Source: Lepidodermella squamata (lineage: Eukaryota; Animalia; Gastrotricha). From it: DNA of 64,000 bases. The stretch's first letter is position 1. Each line of letters starts with the position of its first letter. The stretch is taken from contig JBLDXI010000015.1 in the NCBI GenBank assembly GCA_047495785.1, positions 2,356,001-2,420,000 on the forward strand, read 5' to 3'. Below the pieces are notes generated by a model, which ran no database searches, had not been told where the DNA came from, and saw nothing but the letters and a program-made list of their open reading frames with translations. The translations under genes and the position numbers were made by a program. Below, piece after piece: positions 12,787 through 23,482 of the stretch.

Positions 12787-13091
12787 ATGTTGTATTTGGC
12801 ACCGAGACCTCTCCCAATGTCAAGGCCAGCAGAGCAAAAACTGCAACTCGGGTCCTGGAGAAGCAAGGCAGTACCTCTTCCATTTCGATCAAAGCAACCG
12901 TTCGAGCTTTGGCTTACGACGTCACAGCCGAGTTGAACTATTTTAATAACATCAACAAAACCATCGAGTGTCAATTCGCCATTCCAATGGCGGACAGTGC
13001 TGCTGTTTACAAACTGGAGGCAATTATTGGTGGTAGAAGACTACTGAATAGGGTCAAAGGTAGCATGGAAGCAGACAATTTCTACAGGTAA
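12787..13091 (+). pseudogene. VIT-domain (VWA5A-like) gene 5' fragment, frameshifted
   Basis: YDVTAELNYFN...IECQFAIPMADSAAVYKLEAIIGGRRL resembles the VIT domain; upstream ATG is out of frame and no downstream exons are evident. Confidence 0.65.
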
Positions 13092-13152
13092 TTTAGCGAG
13101 AAGAGAAATGTCACACGGTTCTTTATTACTTTTACACTCGGTTTACGGGCTC

Positions 13153-14065
13153 TTACTTATGACAAACCTGAATTTGAAGTTGGTTTAAATCAGAGTCAAA
13201 GTGTCCTTTGTCGACTTTTGCAATAGCTGCTCGAAAGGCTTTGATTCTCAGCTCCATCTCGGATGGGATGTATTCAATCCTGGAATCCTTCAGCTTCATC
13301 GGATTTTCCAAAATCTTGAAATGTTGCCCAATTTTCAACAGTCGCTTTGAACTAATGATTAGATTTGGTGAGTAAATTTTTGATTAAACTAACCGCTTTT
13401 TCAAATTCCCACGAACCGGGTTTCAGCTCGTCAATTGGCGCGATTGTACTCATACTCATACTCTTTATTTATTCAAGTTGCCTTTCGACATTTAGCATTT
13501 GGTATCAGACATCATCACAAGGCTTATGAGTCAACTATACCCATGGTTGATGGTCGAACCATGGTCCCCAGGCTTTGTGTACTGAGTAGCCATATCTTGA
13601 TTGCCGGTGAATGGCGTCCTACACCGGGAGGGAGGAAACCGCGGTCTCGGGTGGATTTGCTTGGCGGTGTTACCAGCAGGTACGCACTCGAGGATTGTGC
13701 CCTTGGCTCCGTAGTCGGCGACACGTCTTCCTGTCAGCTTGATTAACGGTCCCAGAAACGCCGCATTCAATGCGTAGAAGAATGATTAGTGTTGCGGTTC
13801 TGGGGATTGAACCCGTGCCTCTTCGCCGTCAGTGAGGTGCTTGGACCGCTCGACCACTTGCTCCCCAGGCGGTATTATTCCAAGAATGGCATTGAATGTT
13901 TTCAGACCCTCTGCAAACTCTTGACCAGAAAATCATCGGCTGGCAATTACCAGCAGAGGATTATTACCTTACATAGAATCGAAAATGCCGAAGGCCTTCT
14001 GATCCCCATTGTCTACGTTGCAGGCAATGAAAACGAATGACAGATTTAGAATAACCAAGAAAAAA
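13153..14065 (-). pseudogene. Decayed copy of the secreted-protein gene, interrupted by a SINE
   Basis: Aligns with 1-50 and 5030-5350; in-frame stops; ~420-bp insertion absent from the 5-kb copy. Confidence 0.55.
13446..13863 (-). mobile_element. tRNA-derived SINE
   Basis: 5' A box TGGTCGAGCGG and B box GGTTCAATCCC; 3' AATAAA followed by a (GAGTAT)n tail; empty site visible in the paralogous copy at ~5150. Confidence 0.75.
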
Positions 14066-14342
14066 TGAGCTATTTCATGAGTGACTTGATGAAAATGACA
14101 GTAAATTCGACTGGCTGCTTTATTCTAACAAAAATGTATTCACTTGAAGCTATTAGCTATCAACGTGCTCACAATATGACACAAAAATCAAACAATAAAT
14201 TAACGAGGTTTCAGCAAAATGTTACTCAAAAAAAACTACCAAAAAATAGGAAAAAGTATTTTGTTAACGAGTAGATTCTACAACTGCTACAATTTACTAC
14301 TATTCTTAGTATCCGCCATTTTCCAATAATACCATGGCAAAC

Positions 14343-17007
14343 TTACAAACCATTTGAGCTTCCTGGCGTGTTAATAGCACCAGAAGAAACATTTGCCCCT
14401 GTCGCAGAGGACTGTCTGCCGGCTCTCGCTCCTGGTTTGCCCATTACTGAAGCCAGAGCAATAAAAGCGTAGATCAAACCCGTTGTTGTGGCTACTATCA
14501 TCACGTATTGTGAGTTCTTTGCCCGCGGTAGAGAAATCAGAACACCAGCTACTATAATCGCAGCCTCAGCAATCAGACAGGCTCTGGCCTTATTGAATCG
14601 CCAACGAGTATGAGATTCATGACTCAGCAGTTTCGCGACTGTGCCAATCGAGTGAGCTCGGAAGATCGCATATATGAGGAAAATTATTTGAACTACACCC
14701 ATTACTGTCAAAATCGCAATTCCAGCGTAGTTATGCCGATCATCAGCCAAAAACCTGCATTGATAGGAGAAAACTTCAAAAAGAACACTCGAATCGATTT
14801 TAGATGCCTCGGAATACAGAAAGACACGCTCTACGAAAAACGGTTGAACCGCTAGAAAGCTGATAATGAGAGAGCAAGCGCCAACAACCCAAGCTATCGC
14901 TGCTTTCTTGAGATCTTCTGCTGCAAGCGAAAAGGTGTCGCCATGGATCATACCTGTCGAGATGGAGCTTAAATGTAGGCTTTGAGAGGATGATCCTGCA
15001 CTCTGTTTGATCAATTTTGCAGCCTTCGCCAACACAGCAGCTGCGTAAGCATCACTGAGCTTCAATCCGAGTGTTTCTAACTTCGCATATAGTCCGAAAA
15101 TTGAGATGAAAAATCCAATTGGGAGAAGGAAGGAATACGAGTAACAATTCGCTAATATTTTGTTACCGCTGTTAGAAGGTAGCGAAAAGGTGTGGCTAAA
15201 CATTAGCAAAAGTCCCGAAACGACGGTGATATCGTGTATTTTTAGGTTTCTCCATTGTCTCTTTTGCTGCACGTAAAGCCAATACAAAGTCAAAATTATT
15301 CCGAAAATCCCAAAGGCCACCAGAGCACAGAATGGTTCTAAAGCTAGGATATTTTGCTCAACAGACTCTTTCAAAACAGAATCTCTAGGTGGGAGGCCGT
15401 CCATTGTCAGCCACAAGTTTCTGGTATCAAGCAACTCAACTCTATCTGCTTTGTTTATCGAGTAGAGCGCGAACATCTTGATCTCCACGCTTCTAGCATG
15501 CGAAAATGTTATCGGTGTGTAGCCTAGGGAATTCGATTGCGTCCTCTCATCGAATTGATACTCGCCTTTAAGGCCTCTGACTTTGGACATGGAGTAAACA
15601 GCTTTATGCGTGACGGCCTCCATAATCTTCGGATTTTCTATGAAATTTTTCGAATCCGTCGTCCAGTCGAGCAAAGTTTCATTCCGCTCTTTTTTGAGAA
15701 TCTCTTGAACCCTTTTCACGAGATGCCCGATGAAAAGAGTTTTATCGTAGAAATTCACGTGCCAAAATTCAAAATCGTTGTTTAAGGTAGCTTCAGGTAG
15801 CCGAGTGGTGAGCTCTTTTCTGTAGTTCGTATACGACATGCCTGTCGAATCAGTCCAGTTCCAGCCAAACACTGAGTACAACTTCGAGTCGCCGGCAAAA
15901 ATGAAGCTTGAGGTCAAGACTTTCCTCAAATTGTCCCGGCTGCACCATTTAGCGACAAAGTCCGGTATAGTGACCGTATCTGGATTGAATACGCTCCAGT
16001 ACGTATGGAACCACACTCGATCAGGTCCGTAGAGGCCGTAGCGGTGCGCGAAACACGTGAAAGGAATGACGGAGTCTCCGTGAGCGAAAATGATCCTAGC
16101 GTCCGCTTTTTTGACCGCATCAAATGCAGTTGCTAGATCGTCTCCATCGTCAGATTTGAAGTCGACTTTCACATAAGCTATCAAGCTGATATTCATAGAT
16201 TCCATGGTTGGTATTACGAAATTGTCCATCTTGATTATATAGTGATATCATGAAGTATGTTCATTGAACAGAAACTTACCCCATTCCAGTAGGTATTCCG
16301 TTCAGAGATGATCGCAACCTTTGACCAACCCATTTTCTTGACGAATTCCACCTTACCACCATGGCTATTGTAAGAGGTGACGCCTAGGGTGTGTAGGGAG
16401 CTATACATGTTTCGTTTGACTGTAGTTATAGGGTAGTTGTTGACGATGACGAACTTCAACATGAATTATGGGTTCTGTTTAATTTGATCAATTTGAACCT
16501 ACTGCTTGGTAACCAAACTCTCGAGCCAGGTATGACGACGTCGGCTGAACGAACCCACTACATGTACCAGCTAGTAGCAGCGGGAGCCTTACTGTTGCAT
16601 TGTCACCGTCCAGTAACCGGCGAGTCACTCTGTCTATCGCAACGGGATCGGAACACTATATCGGAAGAAAACTTCAGCCTTAAATATTGAAGGAGAAATT
16701 ATGTTACCTGGTCGTTAATCAGTTCCAAAGATAGGGTATAGCCAGGTAGAAAGTCTGGCCCCATTGCTTCAAGCTGGTCAAGGGCGATTTCCATGCTTTT
16801 TACAGCCAGGGGTCCCAGTTGAAAATAAGGACCGTCGTATGGAATGGAAGCTAGTAGTTTTATTCGAGTTTTGTTCACATATCTATTTGAAATGGAAGGG
16901 TTCAAAATGCTCGGCATTGGAGCCTTAGTTTGGCCCGCCACATCGCTAACTAAATTGAAAAAATACAGTAAGAACGAAAAAAACCTCATTCTTTCAGGCC
17001 TTAGCAT
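14343..17007 (-). CDS. Class C GPCR, GABA-B-like, copy C (4 exons; ATG at 17007 or 16989)
   Basis: Paralogue of A and B, same intron positions, open frames. Confidence 0.9.
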
Positions 17008-17270
17008 CTTAAGACTGCAGACCTAGACTGCATTAGCATCTTAATCCTTTAGAGTCGAAATGTAGTTTTCTCATAATGAAATTTGATATCTTCTATTGGA
17101 TTAAAATAATGATCGTGGGACTTTTACGGCTCATCCGCACGAGGGGGAAGGAAAACTATAATTTAGCTAATCAAAATTGACGTAATAAGTGTCGACTATC
17201 GGAGATATATGGAACTAAAACATGCTAAATTGGGCGACAACGAATCATGTTATTTAATTCATTTGATTAT

Positions 17271-18850
17271 TCATTTCCATTGAAACAATTTAGAAAATGC
17301 TCGCCGATATTGTCTGTTCATACATGCATGAATGATCGGATTGCACAGGGAGTTAACATAACCCAGCCATGTTAAAGCCGTCTCGAAGTTAGGATACGAG
17401 GTTGTAAAGCTCAACCAGGCTTGGTCATCGATATACGGCTTCAATGTGAATAATCTGCAGGAAAGTTTCAGTTAACTTCGTCGTTAAATCTCAATTCAGG
17501 GCTTACATGAAATAAGGCAGCCAGCAGGCTATGAAGACACCGACAATGATGAGCGTTGTTATCGTTGCTTTGTTCTCAGCAGTAAATTTTCGAATGGCGA
17601 CAAGGATACCGTACGTAGCCCGAAGGTCATCCATTCGCTTCAAATCATAAGTTGTCTGAGATTTTAGTCCATTATGGTAATTCGTAAGGTTCGTAGGTCT
17701 ACGTGTTTTTGAGGGCACCTCAATGACCACGACTCCCTCAGGAATCGATGTAAGATCTGTGGCACTTCGCGATAGCCCGACCGTCCGCATGGGGTGAGCA
17801 TATTGCTTTTCATTAATGCTGCTCCTCGACGAACCAACTGATCGTCTTAGAATGTTTCCGTTGACCGTATCTTTGCTTCCATCATTAGCTGAAAAAGAGG
17901 GGACATTTTACACTGTTTGATAAGATTTTCAAAGATCAAAAGGAGGGCCATTCCTGCCTTTGCAATTTTTACATTTACAACCGCCTACCGTTTTTCCGCG
18001 ACAGCCGGGGCCGTTTACCATCCTCATCGAACAAACGATGAATTTCGCGAATATTATTCCGCCGCGCAACTCGCAAAATTTGCATATTCGCGTAGGAGAG
18101 GACGAAAAGAGGAATGAAGAAAGTAGTGACGCCTAATGTTGTGTTATAAGCTCGATTGAACTCGAAATTGCAGGCAGTTGGATCGTCCCGTGGTCGAAGA
18201 TTTTGTACGAGCCCATCCTTAGTGTTCCAACCAACGTGAACCGGCAGAAAGGAGCATACAATCGAGATAAGCCACATCACACTGATTGCGCAAATTACAA
18301 ACTTTTTTGTGATTAACACTTTGTGCCTTAATGGAGCCATGACACCGACATAGCGTTCGCATGTTGTTAGGAAGAGGTTGAGAATGGAAGCTGTACAAAG
18401 CATGACATCAGCCGATGTGACAATATTACACATAATTGGACCAAATAGCCATCTCCGTCGTGGGTTGACCAGTGTTATCATGTTAAACGGCAGCACGAGA
18501 ATGCCAAGCAATAAATCAGCGAGGGCTAGCGAAAAAATGAAGAGGTAGGTCATTGTTGACCTAAGACTTCGATTCCTGGTTATTGCGATTATGACTAAGG
18601 AATTGCTTAAGACAATGCAGATGATGACGAGGAATAGAGCGATTCCTTTCAGGATTTGCAGCTCGATTTCCACTGTCAGATCTGATTCGTCGATATCAAC
18701 ATATTCGAGGAATGAGCTTTCGAATCGCGGGGTTATCACGTTTGTTGTTGGATGAATCTGACGAAGGACAGTTTCATTTCTGGGCAATAGTAGGGCATCC
18801 ACACTCATCAAAGCCAATTCGCTCCCAGAGGAGGGTGAGCCGTCGTCCAT
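17271..18850 (-). CDS. Aminergic class A GPCR, histamine-H2-like; exons 18850-17989, 17888-17507, 17454-17271
   Basis: LALADLL, D3.32 in DVMLCTASILNL, CERY, SFLPVHVGWN, ENKATIT...CWLPYF, WLGYVNSLCNPIIH; introns of 100 and 52 nt keep the frame. Confidence 0.88.
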
Positions 18851-19313
18851 GGATACAAAAAAAACATAAAAAACCAAACAAAAAGAATGAAGCACTCCCA
18901 GAGCTATATACTTCGCATCTTTTCTGTTGAAGTTATTGTTTCGTGCTGCAAATCGAATTATGATGCGCAAAGAGCATGCCGCGGGCTAGTTATGAGATGA
19001 GTTCTCGTAATTACTAATGGCGACACTGTCCAGGCTAGCGAATTTTATGACATCAGACACAACTAAGTGCGCCTCTGCTGCAATGAATTGCTCGAAATAG
19101 CAAGTTGGATTTCATTGATGAGAGATGAGATGCAGACAAATAAAGAAGCTAGTTATTAGCAAAAATGGTATCTAATTTATCCTCATTTTGAGCAATTTAG
19201 GATCGGTATCAAAAAGTGAATTTTGGCTGTAATATGACAACGACCTACTCTTGGACATTTATCCGATGTTCAATTTTGTGTATTCCGGGGACGGCGCCTT
19301 TCTCAGCACAAGC

Positions 19314-19386
19314 GCCTCATTGGCTCAGTTGGCTAGAGCGCCAGTCTCATAATCTGGAGGTCGTGAGTTCGATCCTCACAGGGGCA
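19314..19386 (+). tRNA. tRNA-Met(CAT), damaged acceptor stem
   Basis: C>A substitution and 1-nt deletion in the acceptor stem relative to the other copies. Confidence 0.65.
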
Positions 19387-19454
19387 GCAACTTTTTATTG
19401 CCTTATTCGCATTCATTACCCAGATCTAATGCTCTCTAGCCCTAAATGCCATCT

Positions 19455-19502
19455 TCGCTGATGGTCTAGTGGTTAGGATTCCCCGGTTCAATTCCCGGTC
19501 AG
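19455..19502 (+). pseudogene. tRNA-Glu remnant with deleted anticodon arm
   Basis: A box TGGTCTAGTGG joined almost directly to B box GGTTCAATTCC. Confidence 0.7.
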
Positions 19503-19577
19503 TTTTCTTCTATATCATGCAGTAAAAGGAACGCATTTTAACGTTATGACCTTATTGGGCACCCAAGCATTCATCCA

Positions 19578-19650
19578 GGTTCCGTAGTGTAGTGGTTATC
19601 ACGTCTCCTTCACACGGAGAAGGTCGCGGGTTCGAACCCCGCCGGAACCT
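19578..19650 (+). tRNA. tRNA-Val(CAC)
   Basis: Identical to 4384-4456. Confidence 0.92.
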
Positions 19651-19724
19651 CGTCCAGCATTTTTCCAACTCTGATAAGATTTGAGTACCATTCTAGGTAG
19701 GATTGGTGTCTTCTGAAATCATCT

Positions 19725-19796
19725 GGGGATGTAGCTCAGTGGTAGAGCGCTTGCTTTGCATGTAAGATGTCCCGGGTTCAAACCCCGGCATCTCCA
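19725..19796 (+). tRNA. tRNA-Ala(TGC)
   Basis: G3:U70, anticodon TGC, T-run. Confidence 0.95.
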
Positions 19797-19940
19797 ATTT
19801 TTGTTTCAAATCTGAAAAATAATTCGACGCGAGTTTTTTCGTACCCGAATTTTGCTAGTTCTAGAGAATAACTTAGAATTAGACTCAGCCCCAGTTCTGA
19901 GTTTTTCAGTCGAGTTCCGCTCTATTCTAAAAAATGTTAT

Positions 19941-20022
19941 CGCTGCCAGTAGGATTTGAACCTACGCGCGGAGACCGCATCTGATTTCAAGTCAGACCCC
20001 TTAACCACTCGGGCATAGCAGC
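19941..20022 (-). tRNA. tRNA-Ser(TGA)
   Basis: Identical to 4756-4837. Confidence 0.93.
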
Positions 20023-20184
20023 TTGATGGTTTTCGAATCTTATTATGAGCATAAATGACCTTACAATTTAAAAATTGGTGACATAGATTGTATAGACAAG
20101 TAAAGCCGCTCGACTTGTTTGCTGGAAATTTACGGCACGAAGCATCGCCTACTCCTTGGGCCTTGAAACTCTTTTTATTGTATC

Positions 20185-20256
20185 GGCCCAGTGGCCTAAT
20201 GGTAAGGCGTCGGCCTCCGGAGCCGGAGATTGTGGGTTCGAGTCCCATCTGGGTCG
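20185..20256 (+). tRNA. tRNA-Arg(CCG)
   Basis: Canonical cloverleaf, T-run terminator. Confidence 0.92.
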
Positions 20257-20325
20257 CTAACTTTTTAAAAATCTTGGAAAAATCGATTCAACAGGAAATA
20301 TTAATCAAGCTATCAGCTATCAGCC

Positions 20326-20397
20326 GGCTCAGTAGCTTAGTGGTAGAGCATCTGTCTTGTAAACAGAAGGTCGCGGGTTCGATCCCCGTCTGGGCCT
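20326..20397 (+). tRNA. tRNA-Thr(TGT)
   Basis: Canonical cloverleaf, T-run terminator. Confidence 0.92.
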
Positions 20398-20476
20398 CGG
20401 CACCTCTTTTTTGCCTAACATCAGACATGGACGTTCAATTTAGAAGATGAAAATAGGACCCAGGGTGACCACAAGC

Positions 20477-20550
20477 GCTTCCTTGGCTCAGTTGGCTAGA
20501 GCGCCAGTCTCATAATCTGGAGGTCGTGAGTTCGATCCTCACAGGGGGCA
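20477..20550 (+). tRNA. tRNA-Met(CAT)
   Basis: One C>T in the acceptor stem versus 4105-4178. Confidence 0.88.
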
Positions 20551-20652
20551 GCTTCAACTTTTTTCTACAATCGGTAAAGTTAGTTTTACTGCGCATTAAG
20601 TTTATTTTTCAGCGATTTAAAATGTCGATTTCGTGACATTCGAAAAAACGAG

Positions 20653-22935
20653 TTAACTATTGTTATGGGGCGCGGCTGGAACCGGGCTAAGGACAAAGTT
20701 CGATGATTGCCCGAAATAATGAGTTCTGCGTTTGGGTAATCCGAAACCAAGCAAACTACAGACCACTGATGACTGGATTGCAACCGCGATTAACACTGCA
20801 ATCTCAACAGCTGTGGTGGACTTCACAATAAAAGCAATAAGAATTGTCGCTGGTAGAAGAGTTATACAGATTATAACAGATACGGCGATGCGCTTTGGTC
20901 GGTTGAACCTCCTGGAGTGCTTAAGAAATGCTCGTATCTTGATGACACCCCATAAAGCAGCCAACAAAATAACGGCATTCAACCCAAGCGTTGCTGAGAC
21001 CAATACTATGAAGTAATGCGAGTGACAGTAACTATTTCTCTTGAAAACTAGAATATCGTCCTTCTCGTTGAAATGAGAAAATGCTTCGTAAGTTTGCAAG
21101 AATGGTCGGTCAAATGTTAACCATAGGATGGGCAATACAAAAGCCAGCATGGCTTCAGGTATTGCCGTCTTTAATGCCTTTCTAACGGGTTGCTCTCGTT
21201 TCAGTGGCCTGCGCGGAATCCGCGGAGAATACGACCTTAATGCACTCCTTATTGCAGATAATTGGCTGTGAAAAGCAACTGCTATTAGTATGTAGAAGTA
21301 CAGCAGGCCTGTTCCTACAAAGAAGAATGAAACTTGACATGATACTGAAGATTTTAAACGTGGGGGTAGCGTGATTAATGTCGAGCCAATAGCTTGTAAA
21401 GAAATGCTTAAGAGGAATTCAACCGCCTCCAGTGAAACTCTATTGAGTTTCAAGGCCATCGTCTGAATTATCACTGGGATAGTCGCAGCAATCGTGAAAC
21501 AAGCGAAAGCTTCCTCACTGACACCGCCTTGGTCAACAAAATTACCCGGTGAATCGTTGGGAATCTTCCCAAATTTCATCACACTCTCGGCCGCATATGA
21601 AGAGAGATTAGTAGTTCCAATTTCATTTTCCTTCATTCTGACCAGGTTCGTTATTTGCAGGCCGGTCAAACGATTCCATCTTCCGACGAACTGACGGATG
21701 TAGTCGAGTTCTCCGCGGTAGGAATAACGAAGCCTTCCGAATTGAAGACTTAGGAAATCTGTTAGGAACAAACTTGTATTAACAGCCTGCATTACTTCAT
21801 CCGGATTACTCTGGTAATCTCTGAGCGACAAATTTTGGGCCTTCAGTAGTTTCTCCGATTTATCCAAAGCCATTAATCCCTGTAGGACGAGGTCGTACCT
21901 TAGATGCCGATATGGGTAGTCAGCGGCCATTTTATTCCCAGCATAATTTGTAGTAAAAATATTCTCAAATTCTTGAAGTGTGATGCCCAGTTCGTCCTTG
22001 CGATTATTTGGGGGAATAAAGCCGGCAGGGCCCCCAATTAATACCGACTGTTCTAGCTGCTGTTTGATATGGTCAGGTTTACAGCCCGGGCGCAAAAGAA
22101 ATTCGGGTACAGAATCAGGGTCGAAAAGCATTATCATATCTAGGATGAAAATGTATCGATCTCCCCGCATTCCATTCGCATATGTTTGACACAAAAAGTC
22201 AATATATAACGTTATGTCATCGGCTTGCAAGATGAATACCCGACAATGCTTTGATTTGAATAACTGCATCAGTTCGTCGCTTGCTTCTGTGGCAACCTCA
22301 AATGCTTGAATGTTTATCCCAAATTGTTCGGACAACCTGTGAATCAGAGTTGAAGATTCCAAGGCATATGACGACGAAGAGCTCAGAATTGCGGCATTCG
22401 ACCATTTTGCGATGACTTTGATGAAATAGAGCTGGGCCATTACATACGTTTCTATTGGAGGGAGTGATTGATAAAAATTAGGATAACGGCCTCGATTTGC
22501 AGTTAACGATCGAGTGGGGCAACTTGCTGCTAAAGTCACCATTTTCAGATGGTGAGCGACCCCCGCCCAGGCTTTACAGCCCTGTGGGAATAGTAGTCCA
22601 AGAGTAAGAGGGGAAAGGAATACATCTTCGTTTTGCTCATAACGTCGAATGAAATCAAGCGTAGATGATACAGCAAGAGAACTTTCAGCTTCTTCATTCA
22701 GAACTTCGATTTCAACATTGTAATCAGGGAGAATGTCGCTTCGGTTGTTGACAAGATCCACTGTCATTTGTTGAACCAATATCGATTGCTCAAATTCGAT
22801 GGGGAGACCAGTTAACGGCAAATGAATTGGTAGTTTCAAGCGGTAAGGTTTCATTGCTATTGCAGAATTGTAGGTCTGACAAAAGAGCAGCCCCATCAAT
22901 ATGTGGAAATCTGCTCTATGCAAAATCATTTTCAT
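20653..22935 (-). CDS. Intronless class C GPCR, GABA-B-like VFT + 7TM (760 aa)
   Basis: Signal peptide, NNRSDILPDYNV, RYPNFYQ, AKWSNAAIL, seven TM segments in a single ORF. Confidence 0.88.
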   Translation of the reverse strand: MKMILHRADFHILMGLLFCQTYNSAIAMKPYRLKLPIHLPLTGLPIEFEQSILVQQMTVDLVNNRSDILPDYNVEIEVLNEEAESSLAVSSTLDFIRRYEQNEDVFLSPLTLGLLFPQGCKAWAGVAHHLKMVTLAASCPTRSLTANRGRYPNFYQSLPPIETYVMAQLYFIKVIAKWSNAAILSSSSSYALESSTLIHRLSEQFGINIQAFEVATEASDELMQLFKSKHCRVFILQADDITLYIDFLCQTYANGMRGDRYIFILDMIMLFDPDSVPEFLLRPGCKPDHIKQQLEQSVLIGGPAGFIPPNNRKDELGITLQEFENIFTTNYAGNKMAADYPYRHLRYDLVLQGLMALDKSEKLLKAQNLSLRDYQSNPDEVMQAVNTSLFLTDFLSLQFGRLRYSYRGELDYIRQFVGRWNRLTGLQITNLVRMKENEIGTTNLSSYAAESVMKFGKIPNDSPGNFVDQGGVSEEAFACFTIAATIPVIIQTMALKLNRVSLEAVEFLLSISLQAIGSTLITLPPRLKSSVSCQVSFFFVGTGLLYFYILIAVAFHSQLSAIRSALRSYSPRIPRRPLKREQPVRKALKTAIPEAMLAFVLPILWLTFDRPFLQTYEAFSHFNEKDDILVFKRNSYCHSHYFIVLVSATLGLNAVILLAALWGVIKIRAFLKHSRRFNRPKRIAVSVIICITLLPATILIAFIVKSTTAVEIAVLIAVAIQSSVVCSLLGFGLPKRRTHYFGQSSNFVLSPVPAAPHNNS

Positions 22936-23482
22936 CTTTTCTGGTGCAGAATGAAGAACTGACTGAAGAAAACATGTTGGCGAATGTCAACCACGACGTT
23001 ATAATTAATGAAGTAGTACACGAATCACTGCTAATTGCAAACGTGACAATTATTGTTTCGGCTAATTTTCGATAGATAAGCTGCCCGGCAAGCGCTGCGT
23101 TTTTCACCGCCTACGATGATGACGGAACATGAAATCAGACATGCGTTGTGGAATGTTCTACTTTGCAGAAGGTAGAATTAAGACGCACATACTCTCAAGT
23201 GTGCTTCAAATCTTGACTTCAATGGCTCGCAGCAAACTGATGTGAAGCTCTTCACAAAATAAGCAAAGTAGGAAAAGCCCAAAAAGTGGCCGAATTTAGG
23301 GCGCATTGCTCTACCCTGTTTCAAGATAGATGTCGTCTGGATTCCTGACTCCTGACCTGCATGTGGGATCTGCCAGCTCTTCACGCAACTTTTGGCCATT
23401 TAACAGATGAATAAATAGACAACCGTTTTTACATAGAAATTAGTCTTAAGTCTTAACATATTCGAATAATTATAATAATGAT

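Noticed and set aside
595-16690. Recurrent + strand ORFs (MTQQFCDCANR..., MRPLIELIL..., MNLLLG...)
   Set aside because: Antisense shadows of the duplicated class C GPCR exons; conserved only because the sense gene is
4416-20450. Short ORFs such as MEMPGFEPG..., MGLEPTISGSGG..., MKQKLEMPG...
   Set aside because: They are translations of tRNA genes on either strand
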